Part shown: positions 37,806 to 49,727 of the stretch, one piece after another
How positions within the stretch are numbered: the stretch's first letter is position 1
Layout: the number at the start of each line of letters is the position of its first letter
Assembly (NCBI GenBank): GCA_951406725.2
Contig: OX597817.1
Coordinates: forward strand, 133,548,001-133,612,000
DNA from: Octopus vulgaris
Taxonomy: Eukaryota
Direction: 5' to 3'
Length of the DNA: 64,000 nucleotides
Notes under the pieces: model-generated
Databases searched by the model: none
Told to the model about the DNA's origin: nothing
What the model saw: the letters and a program-made list of their open reading frames with translations, nothing else
Made by a program: the position numbers and the translations under genes

Positions 37806-39408
37806 GTATATTTCAGCAATGACACCAAAAGTGGTGGCTAGACATAAAGTCATTATGCTTTCTAACAACAAGATAAAGAATATTCAGCTTAATCTGAATT
37901 GTTAATTTTTTTCCTGTCCCAGTCATTGTATCAATGTATCTACATACAAACAATTAATTAAAGAATAACTTTTTGTAAATGTGGCTCAAGACTACATGTT
38001 TGGTGTGAGAGATGTAGTCATTTGAATTGACTCCACTCTGTGACTGTAATCAACCCTCAAAAATGATAATTGAACTTGCAGAAAAAGGTGGGGGTGAGCT
38101 TGGAATGTAAAGGGAAATAACTAAATGCAGCATGTCATTTCGTTTGCCTCTCTATCAACTTTAATTTATTGTATGCTAATGGGGATAACATTTATGATAG
38201 TGAAGAGAATGATAATGATCATGACTATGATGGCAATTGTGATGATGATAATGATAACAAATAATGGCAATGTGATGATGATTATCATGATGATGGCAAT
38301 GTAGCAATTATTGGTTAAAAGATTGTCTAAAATGTCAAATTCTATCATTTTGCTTAAATTGCCTTAAAATTATGGATTTTAGATATCACAGAGGTGAATT
38401 TTAATTATTTTTTTTTCCTCTTGAATGTATTTTTTTAAAAATAATGTTTTTCAATTTGTTATTGAAATGATTATTATTATTTCAAAATCAAACACCCACC
38501 CATCTACTCCCCCTCCCCCCTCCCCACACACATGCATACATTCAAAATCATCTTTCCTATAATTATCAGTTGTCTTTAAAAATCAACTTGTTTAAATGGC
38601 TTTTCACATTAAACATTGCTATTTGTTAAACGTTGTTGTTATTGTTTTTCTTTCCTATTTTTCATCTGTTTTTACATTTTTGTCCAATTGCAATATTTTA
38701 AGTGAAACACATCTTTATTTGAGACTGTTATAATGGGTGAAAAAAATTAGCTTTGTTTTCAGAATAATTGCTAGTGACGAAGTTGTTATTGTTTTGTAGA
38801 CCCAGGTTAGAACAAACCTATGATTGAGCAAACCTATGGCATAGAGGTAGTCATCTGAAAGACTATGCTCAACCCACAAATCTATGTTTATAATTATTCC
38901 TTATTACTTCACACTTCATCACTGTGAAGACATACTGCACTTGCTTCACTGTCTAGTCTCTCTTCCTACCCTAACAAATTCTTGTGGTGGTGGCCAATGA
39001 AGGAATCACTTCACAGATACTTAACTTGGCAAAACTTTCCACGGATCTTCCCCAAGTAATATCATATTGTCTTAAAGTGGTTGTAGTGTGGGTGTTTTTA
39101 TTGCTTCTCATGATATCATTGGTGATTGTATTGTTGGTGCCTTGTTGTAATTACTAGCTATTATATTATGTATCCATATAGTACATTAGTATTCATAATT
39201 ATGTTATCAAAGTAAAGCTATTTAGCAACAGTGACTGCTGTGAAGTTACAATCACTGTTATCTACAGCAGTTGTGTCATAATTTTAATAAGTTTAGAAGA
39301 AAGCTAAGTTCCCTGTTATCAGAATCTGTAACAAGTTGAAGCTATTGCACTTCATTTATCCAACTAAACCTCTTTAGATAGTCATGAATGACACATCTTC
39401 CTGAATAT

Positions 39409-40112
39409 AATAATAATAATAATAATAATGAAATTATTGTATATAGTGCTCAGGTGCACCACAACTTGTCAAAAGTGTGTATAAAGTATATGCAGTAATG
39501 TACAAATGTCTGGAAAGTGAACAGTGTATGAGTCAGATATATGCTTGCATGTGTATGGAGGGGAGAAAATCAGGTGTAGTGTTGGAGAATCTCAGGAAGC
39601 ATGGAAGTTTTGAAGGATGCAGTGCTCCGGCAACTAAAAACTGATGCCGGCAGTTTGTTCCATACTTCAGCAACTCTTAGCGTGAAAAAATGTTTCCGAA
39701 AGTCATGGGAGCTGTGCTGTTTTCTGACTTTGTAAACATGTCCATGGGTATTAGACAGATGGAGTTTGAAAAGGTGCTCAGAGTTATTGTTAGTAAAATG
39801 GTTAATAATTTTATGGGTGTCTGCCAAGTCAGCTGCCAGACGGAGTTTCAGTGTTTCCATGTCCAGGGAAGTAAGGCATTCAGAATATGGCAAATGCCTG
39901 ATGGAGGGTATTCTCTTGGTTGCACGTCGCTGAACGGTTTCCAGACGATTAATATGCTGGGCAAGATAGGGGTTCTAGACCAGTGATGCAAATTCCAGGT
40001 GAGGTCGCACCATAGCTGTATAAAGCCTCAGATAGATAGCCGGAGTGCGACTCACAAAGGACTTTGTAAGTGATGCCGAGACACCCTCAGCCTTCTTGGC
40101 AATTTTAGCAAT
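39409..40112 (-). mobile_element. 5'-truncated CR1-clade LINE
   Basis: Minus strand reads IAKKAEGVSASLTKSFVSRTPAIYLRLYTAMVRPHLEFASLV*NPYLAQHINRLETVQRRATKRIPSIRHLPYSECL...THGHVYKV..DFRKHFFTLRVAEVWNKLP. It has an (ATT)n tail and a possible TSD aatat at 39404-39408 / 40110-40114. Confidence 0.92.
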
Positions 40113-42796
40113 ATTCTGGATCATGGCAAGACATCAATTGATGAAGTTCTCTCTGCTCTCTAAACTGCAATGAGCACACTAATGATTATGAAGAAAAACA
40201 TCCTTATCTAAATATGAGAGTGCATAATTCACTCACTTTTCTAATTAGTTTATAAATGAAATTGAAGGATTGTTAATTAGAAATCTTTGGTCATGTTTCG
40301 TAGTGTCTTCATTAGTTTTTCATTTGTATTTAAAAATTTTGTTTCCACAGATGGAGTCCCAACCACTTTGCTTTTCTCTATTATTAAGTTGCTACACAGT
40401 GGGACTAAACTCTAAATTATGTGGCTGGGAAACAAACTTCTTCACCAAACAGCTACATCTACTTATATACATGCACATAATCCTATGTGTGTGAAGCATA
40501 ATTAAGTTATGTGATTTTCTGTCATAAAGCTGGAGGAGACTATCATGGTGAGATTTTAGTATTTATTCTAGACTGACATGACAAAACATTTAACCAGTTC
40601 TTGCATGAGGACCTCAGATAAATTTCAGGTTTTGACAAATATCAAGAAATTTAATAGTAAAATACAAAATACTACACTTTAATTTATTTAATTCAATAAC
40701 AGTGTCAAGTTTGAAAATTTTCATTATTTGTATACAAGTCATTAGTGTCACTATTACGTGCAGAGAGAAACTTGTTTCTACTGCAATTTGTGAAATTCTG
40801 GTTATTAACAAAAAGAAAAAAAAAAGAAATATTTAAAAAATTCAAACGATATTTTCAATTTTGCTAGTTATAGTAGGATAGCAATTAAGTATCACAAAAT
40901 AGAGTAAAACAGGTGGTTTTAGGCACATTGAGCATAGATAGAATGTTTAGACAAACTCCATTAGCCCTGAGGTGATTAACATGGTCTTTCCATAGCAAGT
41001 AATTATGAATCTATTATACCACATAGTTAATGAGCAGTTTCTAGTTGTTCAATTTCTTATTGATAGTTATTTTTTTAAATGATGATGATGATGATTAACT
41101 ACTTTAATTTTGTAACTGTGGTATCATTGGTCTAAATTTGTTTGGATTTAATGATGATTATAAAAATATGGCTGCTAAATAGAGCTGAATCTATTCTAAA
41201 TTTGGAATAAAATTGCATTGTCTTTTGTAATAAGATTGCTGTAACGCAGCAAAATTTTAAGAAACTAAAATTCTCAGAATATACTGTTGGTCTAACCCAG
41301 ATACTGGTAAATACCAATAACACTATAAAACTGATAACTGTTTTATTGGTTTTAGTAATACTCAATTCAATTCTTTCTATGTACATAATCTTCACATCAG
41401 AGGGCTCTGTTTTTTTTCTTTTGGTGGCACAATCTGCATTACACAACAAGCAGTTAGATATTATCGATAGGCATAACTGAGTCAGTTCAAATCAGACATG
41501 CTCATCACATGAGAATAACCTCATGGTGAGAGAAGTTCTAACAATATCTCTCTCTCTCTCTCTTTCTTATTTGCTACTTGTAAATTGAGTAGCCCACCAT
41601 TGTTAGCCTTTTTCTATCACTTTTACATTATTTCTCCGTCACCTTGTCTTCCTTCTATCACTCTGTACTTCTCACCACAACTATGCTGTTCTTGTTTCTA
41701 GGCAATCTCTTTCCCACCATGTAGCTAGTTATCATGTTGTCTTCTATTACTCTGTCTCCTCTGTTATCACTTACCTGTCTATTATTCTGAGGGATACATT
41801 TCTTCTACTGAATATCCTTACAAACAACCACCATGTAACTGTCTCTCATTCTCTCACTCCAGTCCCTCTGTTTTTTTTTTTTTATATTACTCTCTCTTCT
41901 CACATCCTTTTGCTCTGGCTCTCTTCCCACCATTTGTGTGGAAAACTAAGAAGTGAATGGAGAGAATACTGGGAAGACAAAATGTTCTTCAGTCTTACTC
42001 TAGATAAGACAACTTTATGGCATTGGTGAATGAAGGAAGACAATATAGCATAAACAAGACCTTGTAGCCTTTTTAGAAAATAAGGCAATTTTTTCATGCT
42101 GCTTCCACAAACTGCACCCAGTGAATGCTAAGCCATGCTAAAAATGGAAGTGCAAGCAAGACATCTAGAAGGGCAGTAGCACCAAATTACAACCTACTTT
42201 GGCTGTGAAGACCCATCCATATTGTGTCAGTCTGGAGAGCAAATGCAAAGTAATGATTATGCTTGATGATAAGAAGCTATCTATCTGTATGGGTGTACTC
42301 GATCATTATTGCCCTCAACAGTCTTTCTAATACCTCCCTGCTCTTGTCTTCACCCACTCCCCACTGCCTGAATTCAACTCATTCTGATCTTCATTGCTCA
42401 CAACATACTTTCCAATGCACACTTGCTCTCTCCTCTGCACCTACATTGTTTGTATGTGCACCAATTCAACCAACTTTGTTTATCTTGCTTTCAACATTGT
42501 TGCTAACACTACCCATTCCCTTCACAGCTATCTATTTTGTTTGCATGTATCAGTTCAGCTGACATCAGTTTTTCAATCATACAGTTCTTCCTCTCACATT
42601 GTGTGGCTCTTATTCTTCAAAAGTATTCCATCACCCTTTCATTTTCAATTTCTCTTCTGTCTGAAGTAATAATACCATTAGTTTTTACTAATTTTCTTGG
42701 ATTCTTGTGTTTTATTCTTTGGTGTGGAAATCTTGTCTTCTGCCACAACAGTGAGATTTAGTTACCAATACATACAATATATTACTCTTGTTCAAG

Positions 42797-44000
42797 ATGA
42801 CTGGAAAGAGTTCTCAAGTGGAGCTGAATGCAGTAATTTCAAAAGAAACCGTAAAGAGACTATATTGGATGTTAAACTTGATGTTTTACTAAGATTTGCA
42901 TTGTAATTGTACAATAATGTTTACAGAAAAATATATCACATTATGTCACATAACGAAATTAGGTCAAGCGCTCTATCAGTTACTCACTTATCTGAAGAAA
43001 CAGGCAGGTGTAATTTCTAATTGAAAACTATCTTACTAGTAAAGGCTAGTTTGAAAGGATTAAGAGGCATCTTAATTTGCACAATATTCATATGACTAGT
43101 GAAGCTGCTAGTAGTGATAGAGAGGCTGCTACTAATTGGCATGAAGAGTTAAAGAAAATGATGACTGAATGAGGTTACACATCAATGTGTACAATGTTGG
43201 TGAAACGAAACTTCTCTGGAAACATTTGGCTGCTAAGAAATTTTTTTCGGATGAAAAAATTCATCACTGGATTTTAAAGCTTCCAGAATTCTTCTAATGC
43301 TTCTTGTGAGAAGAAATGCAGCCAGTGATATAAAATTAAAGCTTTTATCACTCTGAAAACCCAAGGCTATTAAGGACAAAATTTAATCTACTGTGATTTT
43401 GCTTTTGCATTAAGTAACAAGACTTGGATGGCTGCAAAACATTTCCAAGACTGGTTTACAAAATTCTTTACCCTGCTATAGAAAGGCACAGTGCCAGGTG
43501 TAATATTTCTAATGAAACTTTGCACCTTATAGTCACTTCACCAAACCACTCAATTAACTTAAATGTTCATTCTGCTAATATGTGAGTGGAATATATTCCC
43601 AGGAATACAACTTCTTTGCTCCAGCCAGTGCAACATAGTATGATAGCCAACATTAACATTATTTGTGATGGATTTTCAAACAGCTCATCAAAGCAATTGA
43701 TATGGGAGATAAAATTTACAGTTAGAAACTTCTAGAAATTCAACATTATGGATGCCAAGGGCAATATAGCCTGGTGATATGATGAAGAAAAATACTTGAC
43801 TGCTAATGAGGTTTGGCAAAACATATGACCAAACTTTATTACAGACTTTATAGTTGTGGCTTTTTTTTTTAACCAGAAGAAAGTTAACATTAAGAGCAGC
43901 AAGGTATATTTAAGAATTCATAGAAGAGGAAATGGTTGAGATGTGTGAGTGTCAAAGAAAGTTTTGTCTAATGAGGAACTGATGATGTTTAAACATGAGT
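42797..44000 (+). mobile_element. Tigger/pogo-family transposase relic (internally deleted)
   Basis: Segments in order: KRNRKETILDVKLDVLLRF (HTH); TSKG*FERIKRHLNLHNIHMTSEAASSDREAA; VYNVGETKLLWK; YHSENPR; NKTWMAAKHFQDWF; YIPRNTTSLLQP; FNIMDAKGNI. All are collinear with Tigger1-type transposase; many stops and frameshifts. Confidence 0.9.
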
Positions 44001-44420
44001 GAGATGCTTACAAGAAGTAGATACAAGAACTTCACACACACACACACACCAGTTCTTTGAGTATATGTGATAGTAACATAAAATCTAAAAGTCCAGTCGT
44101 GTTACATGATCATGTTAATTCTGCCTGAGAGTTATATCCAACCCATGCCAGCATGGAAAATAAATGTTATAAGATAATGATGATGTATTGGTGTCTATTG
44201 AATGTTCAGCCATCTGCATGCTAACTCAATGAGCTGGTAATCCAGTTGCTCAAACTCATCAATGAGACAGACAGACAGCCTTATTACAATACCCTCAGCT
44301 CCTCAAAGCTCTCTCATCTTGTGCTGCCTCCACCAGATTCTAGGCACAACTAATGCTTATCATCTATGTTTTGTCTCACCTGACCTCTGCCTTGTCTCTA
44401 TGCTCCACTTAACGACCATA

Positions 44421-44798
44421 CCTGGGGGTTAGTAGCCTGCGCTCTTAATCACTACATCATATGCCCATGGTCAATTATAGAGTGAATTTTAGGGCTTATA
44501 AATCTAATATTTTTCTATCCTTCTTTAATACCGGTTCCCATATGCTACTCATATCTGCACTAGGTCTGCTTAGTGGTTTGAGTTTGATTCCAAGTAGTAA
44601 CCTGAATAATAATAATAACAACATTGGAAAAATACCTTAGGAATGAGAATCCAGGTTTGAAATTTCCCCAGGACACCTGATGAAGGCTGGAGAGTACATC
44701 AGCCAAAAGTTGTGTTAACAACAAACAAGATGAGGACAAATATCCGTCAAATGTAAATAATCTTCATAATTCCTCATCTCTCAAATATAGGACTGTAT
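44421..44798 (+). mobile_element. Element combining a tRNA-like module, (AAT)n and a hammerhead; 5' part inverted
   Basis: tRNA-like 5' half on the minus strand (44421-44466), B-box gagtttgattcc on plus (44580-44591), hammerhead relic at 44672-44716. The 3' end is shared with 49642-49727. Confidence 0.65.
44672..44716 (+). ncRNA. Type I hammerhead relic
   Basis: gacac-CTGATGA-a-ggctg(gagagtacat)cagcc-AAAA-GTT-gtgtt. Stems I and II are each 5 bp; GAAAC has decayed to AAAA. Confidence 0.65.
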
Positions 44799-45122
44799 TG
44801 TTTCATTAGAAATAGTATTTCAGTTTTTGAAAATGAAGATTATTTTGAGAAAGACCGGGCTGATATATCAGTGTAGATCTTTCTTGCTATCTTGTAAGTT
44901 ATCATTTTAAGATACATAGCAACTGTTTTTACTGTCGTTGGCTTCAGATATGAGCATTCAACTTAAAACATGACATCAAACAAGGGAAATAATGCTGTGA
45001 CATATTGTAATCTGGAAAACTCAACAAAGTCTACGGGCACTTTCATGGCTCAGCTAAGTCTTGTGTTATTTGACTCTTGTGCTGCTAGCACTGAAATCTT
45101 TAATCATGTCACAAGTCAGGTA

Positions 45123-45343
45123 TTAACCAGTTAGCATGCAGATTTCTTGGTGAAATGTAATGCTTATTTATTCACATTATTTTGAATTAATTATCTTGTA
45201 GTTTCAAAATTTTAACAATGTAGCTGTTTAGTTTTAGAATGTCATTGTAGGGTAGGTGAGTGAAGCCAGATCTGGCTAGTTTTAGAATAAAACAAATAGA
45301 ATATTTGGGCCAGATACAACCAGTTTAAATTCTAAAGGGTTAA
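45123..45343. mobile_element. TTAA-flanked MITE (piggyBac-like)
   Basis: TTAA-ccagttagcat ... attctaaaggg-TTAA; imperfect TIRs. Confidence 0.55.
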
Positions 45344-46409
45344 ACTACATAGAACTAAATGTGGCTGCTAAACAACAGAGACCTGCATCATTTCAATGTC
45401 TGTTCTTCAGTCAAGACCTGGTTAGATATGTTTGCTTTGTCACTTCTCCATATGTTTCAGCACTCTGTCGTTCAGGCTTTTTATGCATGTGCACACACAC
45501 ACACGCACACACATGACATTTTTACATTGCACTTAATTACTGCTCCACCGTTCACCTTCTGCTCATTACATTTCTTTACATTCATTCATATTATATGACA
45601 AAAGCAACAACAACCTCAATACCAGCCAAAGCAGCTGGAACATTTGAATGAATTAAAGCAGGAAGATCAGTTGCAATATTTGTCTGAAATTGAATCTATT
45701 CAGCCCTAAAGTTTGCTTTAACCAATCAATATATTTACTATGGTTTTGATCAGTTGTGTGTTACTCAATGATTTGATATTGAAATGACCCACTCACAGTT
45801 TCTGGCTTCATAGCTAAATAGTTTTATAGTACATTTTGTTTGTTGTGTTTTCAGCTTTATCATATATCTCTGTTATCTTGATCACAAGTGTTAGATTATC
45901 GTCTTTGTTTCTTTTAATTCTTATTGGTGTGGAGGGTTGGACTGTCTAACAGCTGTCAAATAACTTACGAGAAGCTAATATACTAGAGTGTCTTACATTA
46001 AAAATTACTTATAACAGTTCAAATTATAGAAATGATATATATTCTAAGCATTTATATGCATTTGATGTTGCATAAACATGCATTTGAATAATTTCTCTTA
46101 CTGTGTACAGGATCAAGTTCTATTGTTATGATCCTCAGCTGTGGTTATGCAGAGTCAATGTTTAGTACTCATTGATAAAATAGGCTGCACAATACAGCTG
46201 TGAATTTACAAAATGAGGGAAAGATATTTGAAACATGAACTAAATACTGTGTAGGTTTATGAATGGTGAAAATAAGTGAAATAAAGAAACCACAAACCAG
46301 AAAAACCTGGTTGTAAGTTTGAAACATTGCTCAAAGAAGTGCCTCTTCCACATGCAAACACACACGCACACTTAGATATATATGTACATGTATGTGTGTA
46401 TGTATGTAT

Positions 46410-47690
46410 CTTTTACTTTTATTTGTTTCAGTCATTTGAATGTGGCCATGCTGGAGCATCACATTTAGTCAAAGAAACTGACACCAGGACTTATTCTTTG
46501 TAAGCCTAGTACTTATCTTATCAGTCTCTTCTGCCAAAACTCTAAGTTATGGGGACATAAACACACCAACATCAGTTGTCAAGTGATGGCAGAAGGACAA
46601 ACACAGACACATAAACAAAACTCCGAATGACCCATCCTTGTTTTTTCTTGTCCTTTTTTGTATTGTCTAACTGTCCAGATGTTTTGTTGTCACCTGTTAT
46701 GCTCTTCTTTCATTTTTTATATTCTTTTTTATATATACATATACCGGCATACATACATGTTTGGTCTCATATATAAGTACATATATACATCATCGTCATC
46801 ATCATCATCGTTTAACGTCCGCTTAAATATATATATTTAAATTCTGCATGACTCTCTTATTCTTTCTTTCAGCCTCTTCACACTTACTTCGTTCTTTCCA
46901 CTTTTCTTTTTCTCGCTCCCTCTCTTTCGCATTTCTTGGCCTTCACTTCATTCTCACCTTCCCTCCTCTTTAACCCCACTCTGTCCCGTTTCTTTTTTTT
47001 CTTCTTTCTCGTCCCTTTCTAATTCTTCTATCCATCTGCCCCTACCTCTCTCCTCTCCCTCCACGTGACTGGTGTTCTGCCAAGCCTGACTATTCTTTCT
47101 TGGTTCAACTACCATCCATGCAACATCTATATTCCTTCCCATGACTTTCATCTTCTATGTCCCTGCCATAAGGCTTCACTTCCTCACACACCAGCTTAAT
47201 TTAATTTGTCCTTAGTTGAAAGACACCTGTCGTTAATGTCCTGTTGTTTGTATTTGCATTTATGTACTATTTCTCCGTTTTCTTTTTGTTCTTGTTTTTG
47301 TGTACATTCACTTGCTTCCCAGGAATCAAGTGTTCTTAGCTTAGATTTTCTTGGGGCCGGCCAGATTGGAGCAGTCTCAAAACTGCTGAGAAAATCTGGA
47401 ACTTGACTGAAGATAGAAAACTCCGACTGACCTATCCTTGTTTTTCCTGTCCTTTTTTGTATTGTCTAACTGTCCGGATGTTTTGTTGTTGCTTGTTACA
47501 TTCTTGTTCCATTTTTTGTTTTCTTTTTTATGCATATATATATATATATTTATATGATGAGCTTCTTTCAGTTTCCCTCCACCAAATCCACTCACAAAGC
47601 TTTGGTTGGCCCAGTGCTATGGTAGACGACACTTACCCAAGGTGCTATGCAGTTTGGGAAGCAAGCTTCTTACCACACAGCCATGCCTGT
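46410..47690 (-). mobile_element. Family B SINE split at its internal microsatellite (46410-46615 and 47553-47690)
   Basis: The halves are collinear with intact family B and bracket family C copies plus a family A tail stub. Confidence 0.75.
46850..47530 (+). mobile_element. Family C element (long copy), preceded by a short 3'-end copy at 46617-46735
   Basis: Pyrimidine-rich body. The 3' ~120 bp aaaactccga.tgacc.atccttgttttt..tgtccttttttgtattgtctaactgtcc.gatgttttgttgt is shared by both copies, and each ends in (TA)n. Confidence 0.65.
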
Positions 47691-47787
47691 GTTTATATAT
47701 GTATAAAAAGAGGAAAGGGATTAAAAAATCCAGGCTGATATTAATAAAGCACTCAGTTTTAAACAAATTTCATTAGCTATAAATAAT

Positions 47788-47968
47788 ATCATCATCATCA
47801 TCGTTTAACATCTGCTTTCCATGCTGGCATGGGTTAGACAGTTTGACTGAGGACTGGCAAGCCAGAAGGCTATACCAGGCTCCAATCTGATCTAGCAAGG
47901 TTTCTACAGCTGGATGCCTTTCCTAATGCCAACCACTCCGAGAGTGTAGTGGGTGCTTTTTATGTGCC
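47788..47968 (-). mobile_element. Family A copy
   Basis: (ATC)n gtttaacatctgctttccatgctggcatggg...ccaaccactccgagagtgtagtgggtgctttttatgtgcc. Confidence 0.9.
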
Positions 47969-48230
47969 ATAATATATAAACAAGACATTATAAAGAAGAA
48001 TTAAAAATTACGGTATTATTTTTCTTAAATTCCAATCTGACACATGTTCCTGCTGGGTGAGATTCCTAGTCTCCTTTGATGTAGCATTGTATTTGGTTGA
48101 TTCGGTTGCAGTACATATTCACCCTCGGTAGTTCATGGTTTTTTGTTCATGGTTTTTACCCATACTGTTGGGTGAAGCAAATGGATTCTAAATCGCTATT
48201 CCTCTGTGTGTGTGTGTGCATTGGTACATA

Positions 48231-48622
48231 GGTGCAGGTATGGCTGTGTGGTTAAGAAGCTTACTTCCCAGTCACATGGTTTCAGGTTTGACAGCACTGC
48301 ATGGAACTCGAAGCAAATGATTTCTATTATAGCCTCAGGCTGACCAAAGCCCTGTAAGTGAATGTGGTAATGAAAACTGAAAGAAGCTCATTGTATGTGT
48401 GTCTTTCTTTACATTTGCACTCATTCAGAGTTGTAAGCTATGAGCAGTGTTGTTGCCTGTGTCAATAAATCATCTGCCCACTTCATATCTTTGAGGATGT
48501 GAGAAATGTCTTATTTGAATAACATGTTAGGAGTTAGTGACAAAAGGCTATCTAGCTGTAAAACAACGCTTCAATAATGTATTCAGCTAACCCATGCTAG
48601 TGTAGAAAAACAGAAGTTAAAC
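48231..48622 (+). mobile_element. Composite SINE: family B tRNA head plus family A-like tail
   Basis: ggtgcaggtatggctgtgtggttaagaagc... head, then a different body, then ctatctagctgtaaaac..aacccatgctagtgtagaaaaacagaagttaaac. Confidence 0.55.
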
Positions 48623-49586
48623 AGTATGTGTGTGTTTGTGTTTGTATATATATATATATATATATATACATACATATATATATATAGCTAGCTAGCTAGC
48701 TAGATAGATACACATGCACACACACACAAACACTCACACACATGCACATATTAACATTATATCCGGATTCTGAAATCTGAGAAAGAGTCTTCAGACAAAA
48801 ATATAGGAAAATTTGTTTAAAGACAAAATATTTTCATAAATTATATCCCAATATGACCATTTATTTTATAACTCACACTGTCTAATAAAACTGCCTTCAG
48901 ATTCAAACTTTTACAACTTTTTATACACATTCAACACACACACACACACACACACACTGAAAACAGTGTGTATTTTATTTCAATGTAAAAAAGAAAAAAA
49001 TGCAATATTGTAGAAATAAGGGTTTCTTGTTATAATTCAATTACTATGATTATGTGATATATGTTTTTTCATTTTATTTGGAAATTTGTTTTGCCTATTT
49101 TTATTTCCAATTTTGTTACTTCAGTTTGATTTCAAGATTTGTGTGCAATCTTTTTATAATTTTGAAGGTTTTTTTTTTACTACTTTACATTTTTTAAAAA
49201 TGTAATTATATAGAAGTTATATCTATTTTAGTCTTCATGGCTTCTTCTATATGCCAACAAAATGAAGAAGGTGAGCAGTTAAAAAAAAATTGTATCTAGC
49301 AGTAAAATTCTTGAAGAAATTTTTTTTCCTCACTTTCACAAAACTGTCTTCTAGTGTCAGGAAGTAGACCATCAGTTCCTAATTGAATAATTTCACAAGT
49401 AGTAACAGAACAGAATATATCTAAACAGAACATTAGAAATTCTAGAAAATAATCCAGAATTTGTAAGGTTTCTTACCTAAAAGTCAGTTATCAAAATTTG
49501 ATGTCAGAAAGTATTTTGTTCAGATCGGCAAAGAAACAGGCCACATTTTTTTTTTCTGAATATCTTTCTATGATTCCAGTGTTACT

Positions 49587-49727
49587 TACATTATTTACAT
49601 TTGACCAATATTTGTCCTCATCTTGTTTGTTGTTAACACTTGTGTTAACAACAAACAAGATGAGGACAAATATCCATCAGATGTAAATAATGTACATAAT
49701 TCCTCATCTCTTAAATATAGAACTGTA
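49587..49727. mobile_element. Fold-back of the 3' end of the 44421-44798 family (53-bp arms, 2-nt loop)
   Basis: tacattatttacatttgaccaatatttgtcctcatcttgtttgttgttaacac-tt-gtgttaacaacaaacaagatgaggacaaatatccatcagatgtaaataatgta, continuing cataattcctcatctcttaaatatagaactgta as at 44765-44797. Confidence 0.9.

Noticed and set aside
39570-39893. 107-aa ORF as a host gene
   Set aside because: It is the C-terminus of a 5'-truncated CR1 ORF2 with an upstream in-frame stop.
41590-42750. Strand-biased segments that may be further LINE (RTE) relics
   Set aside because: Only faint peptide resemblance (for example KTNGIITSDRREIENERVMEYF on the minus strand); not enough to call without a search.
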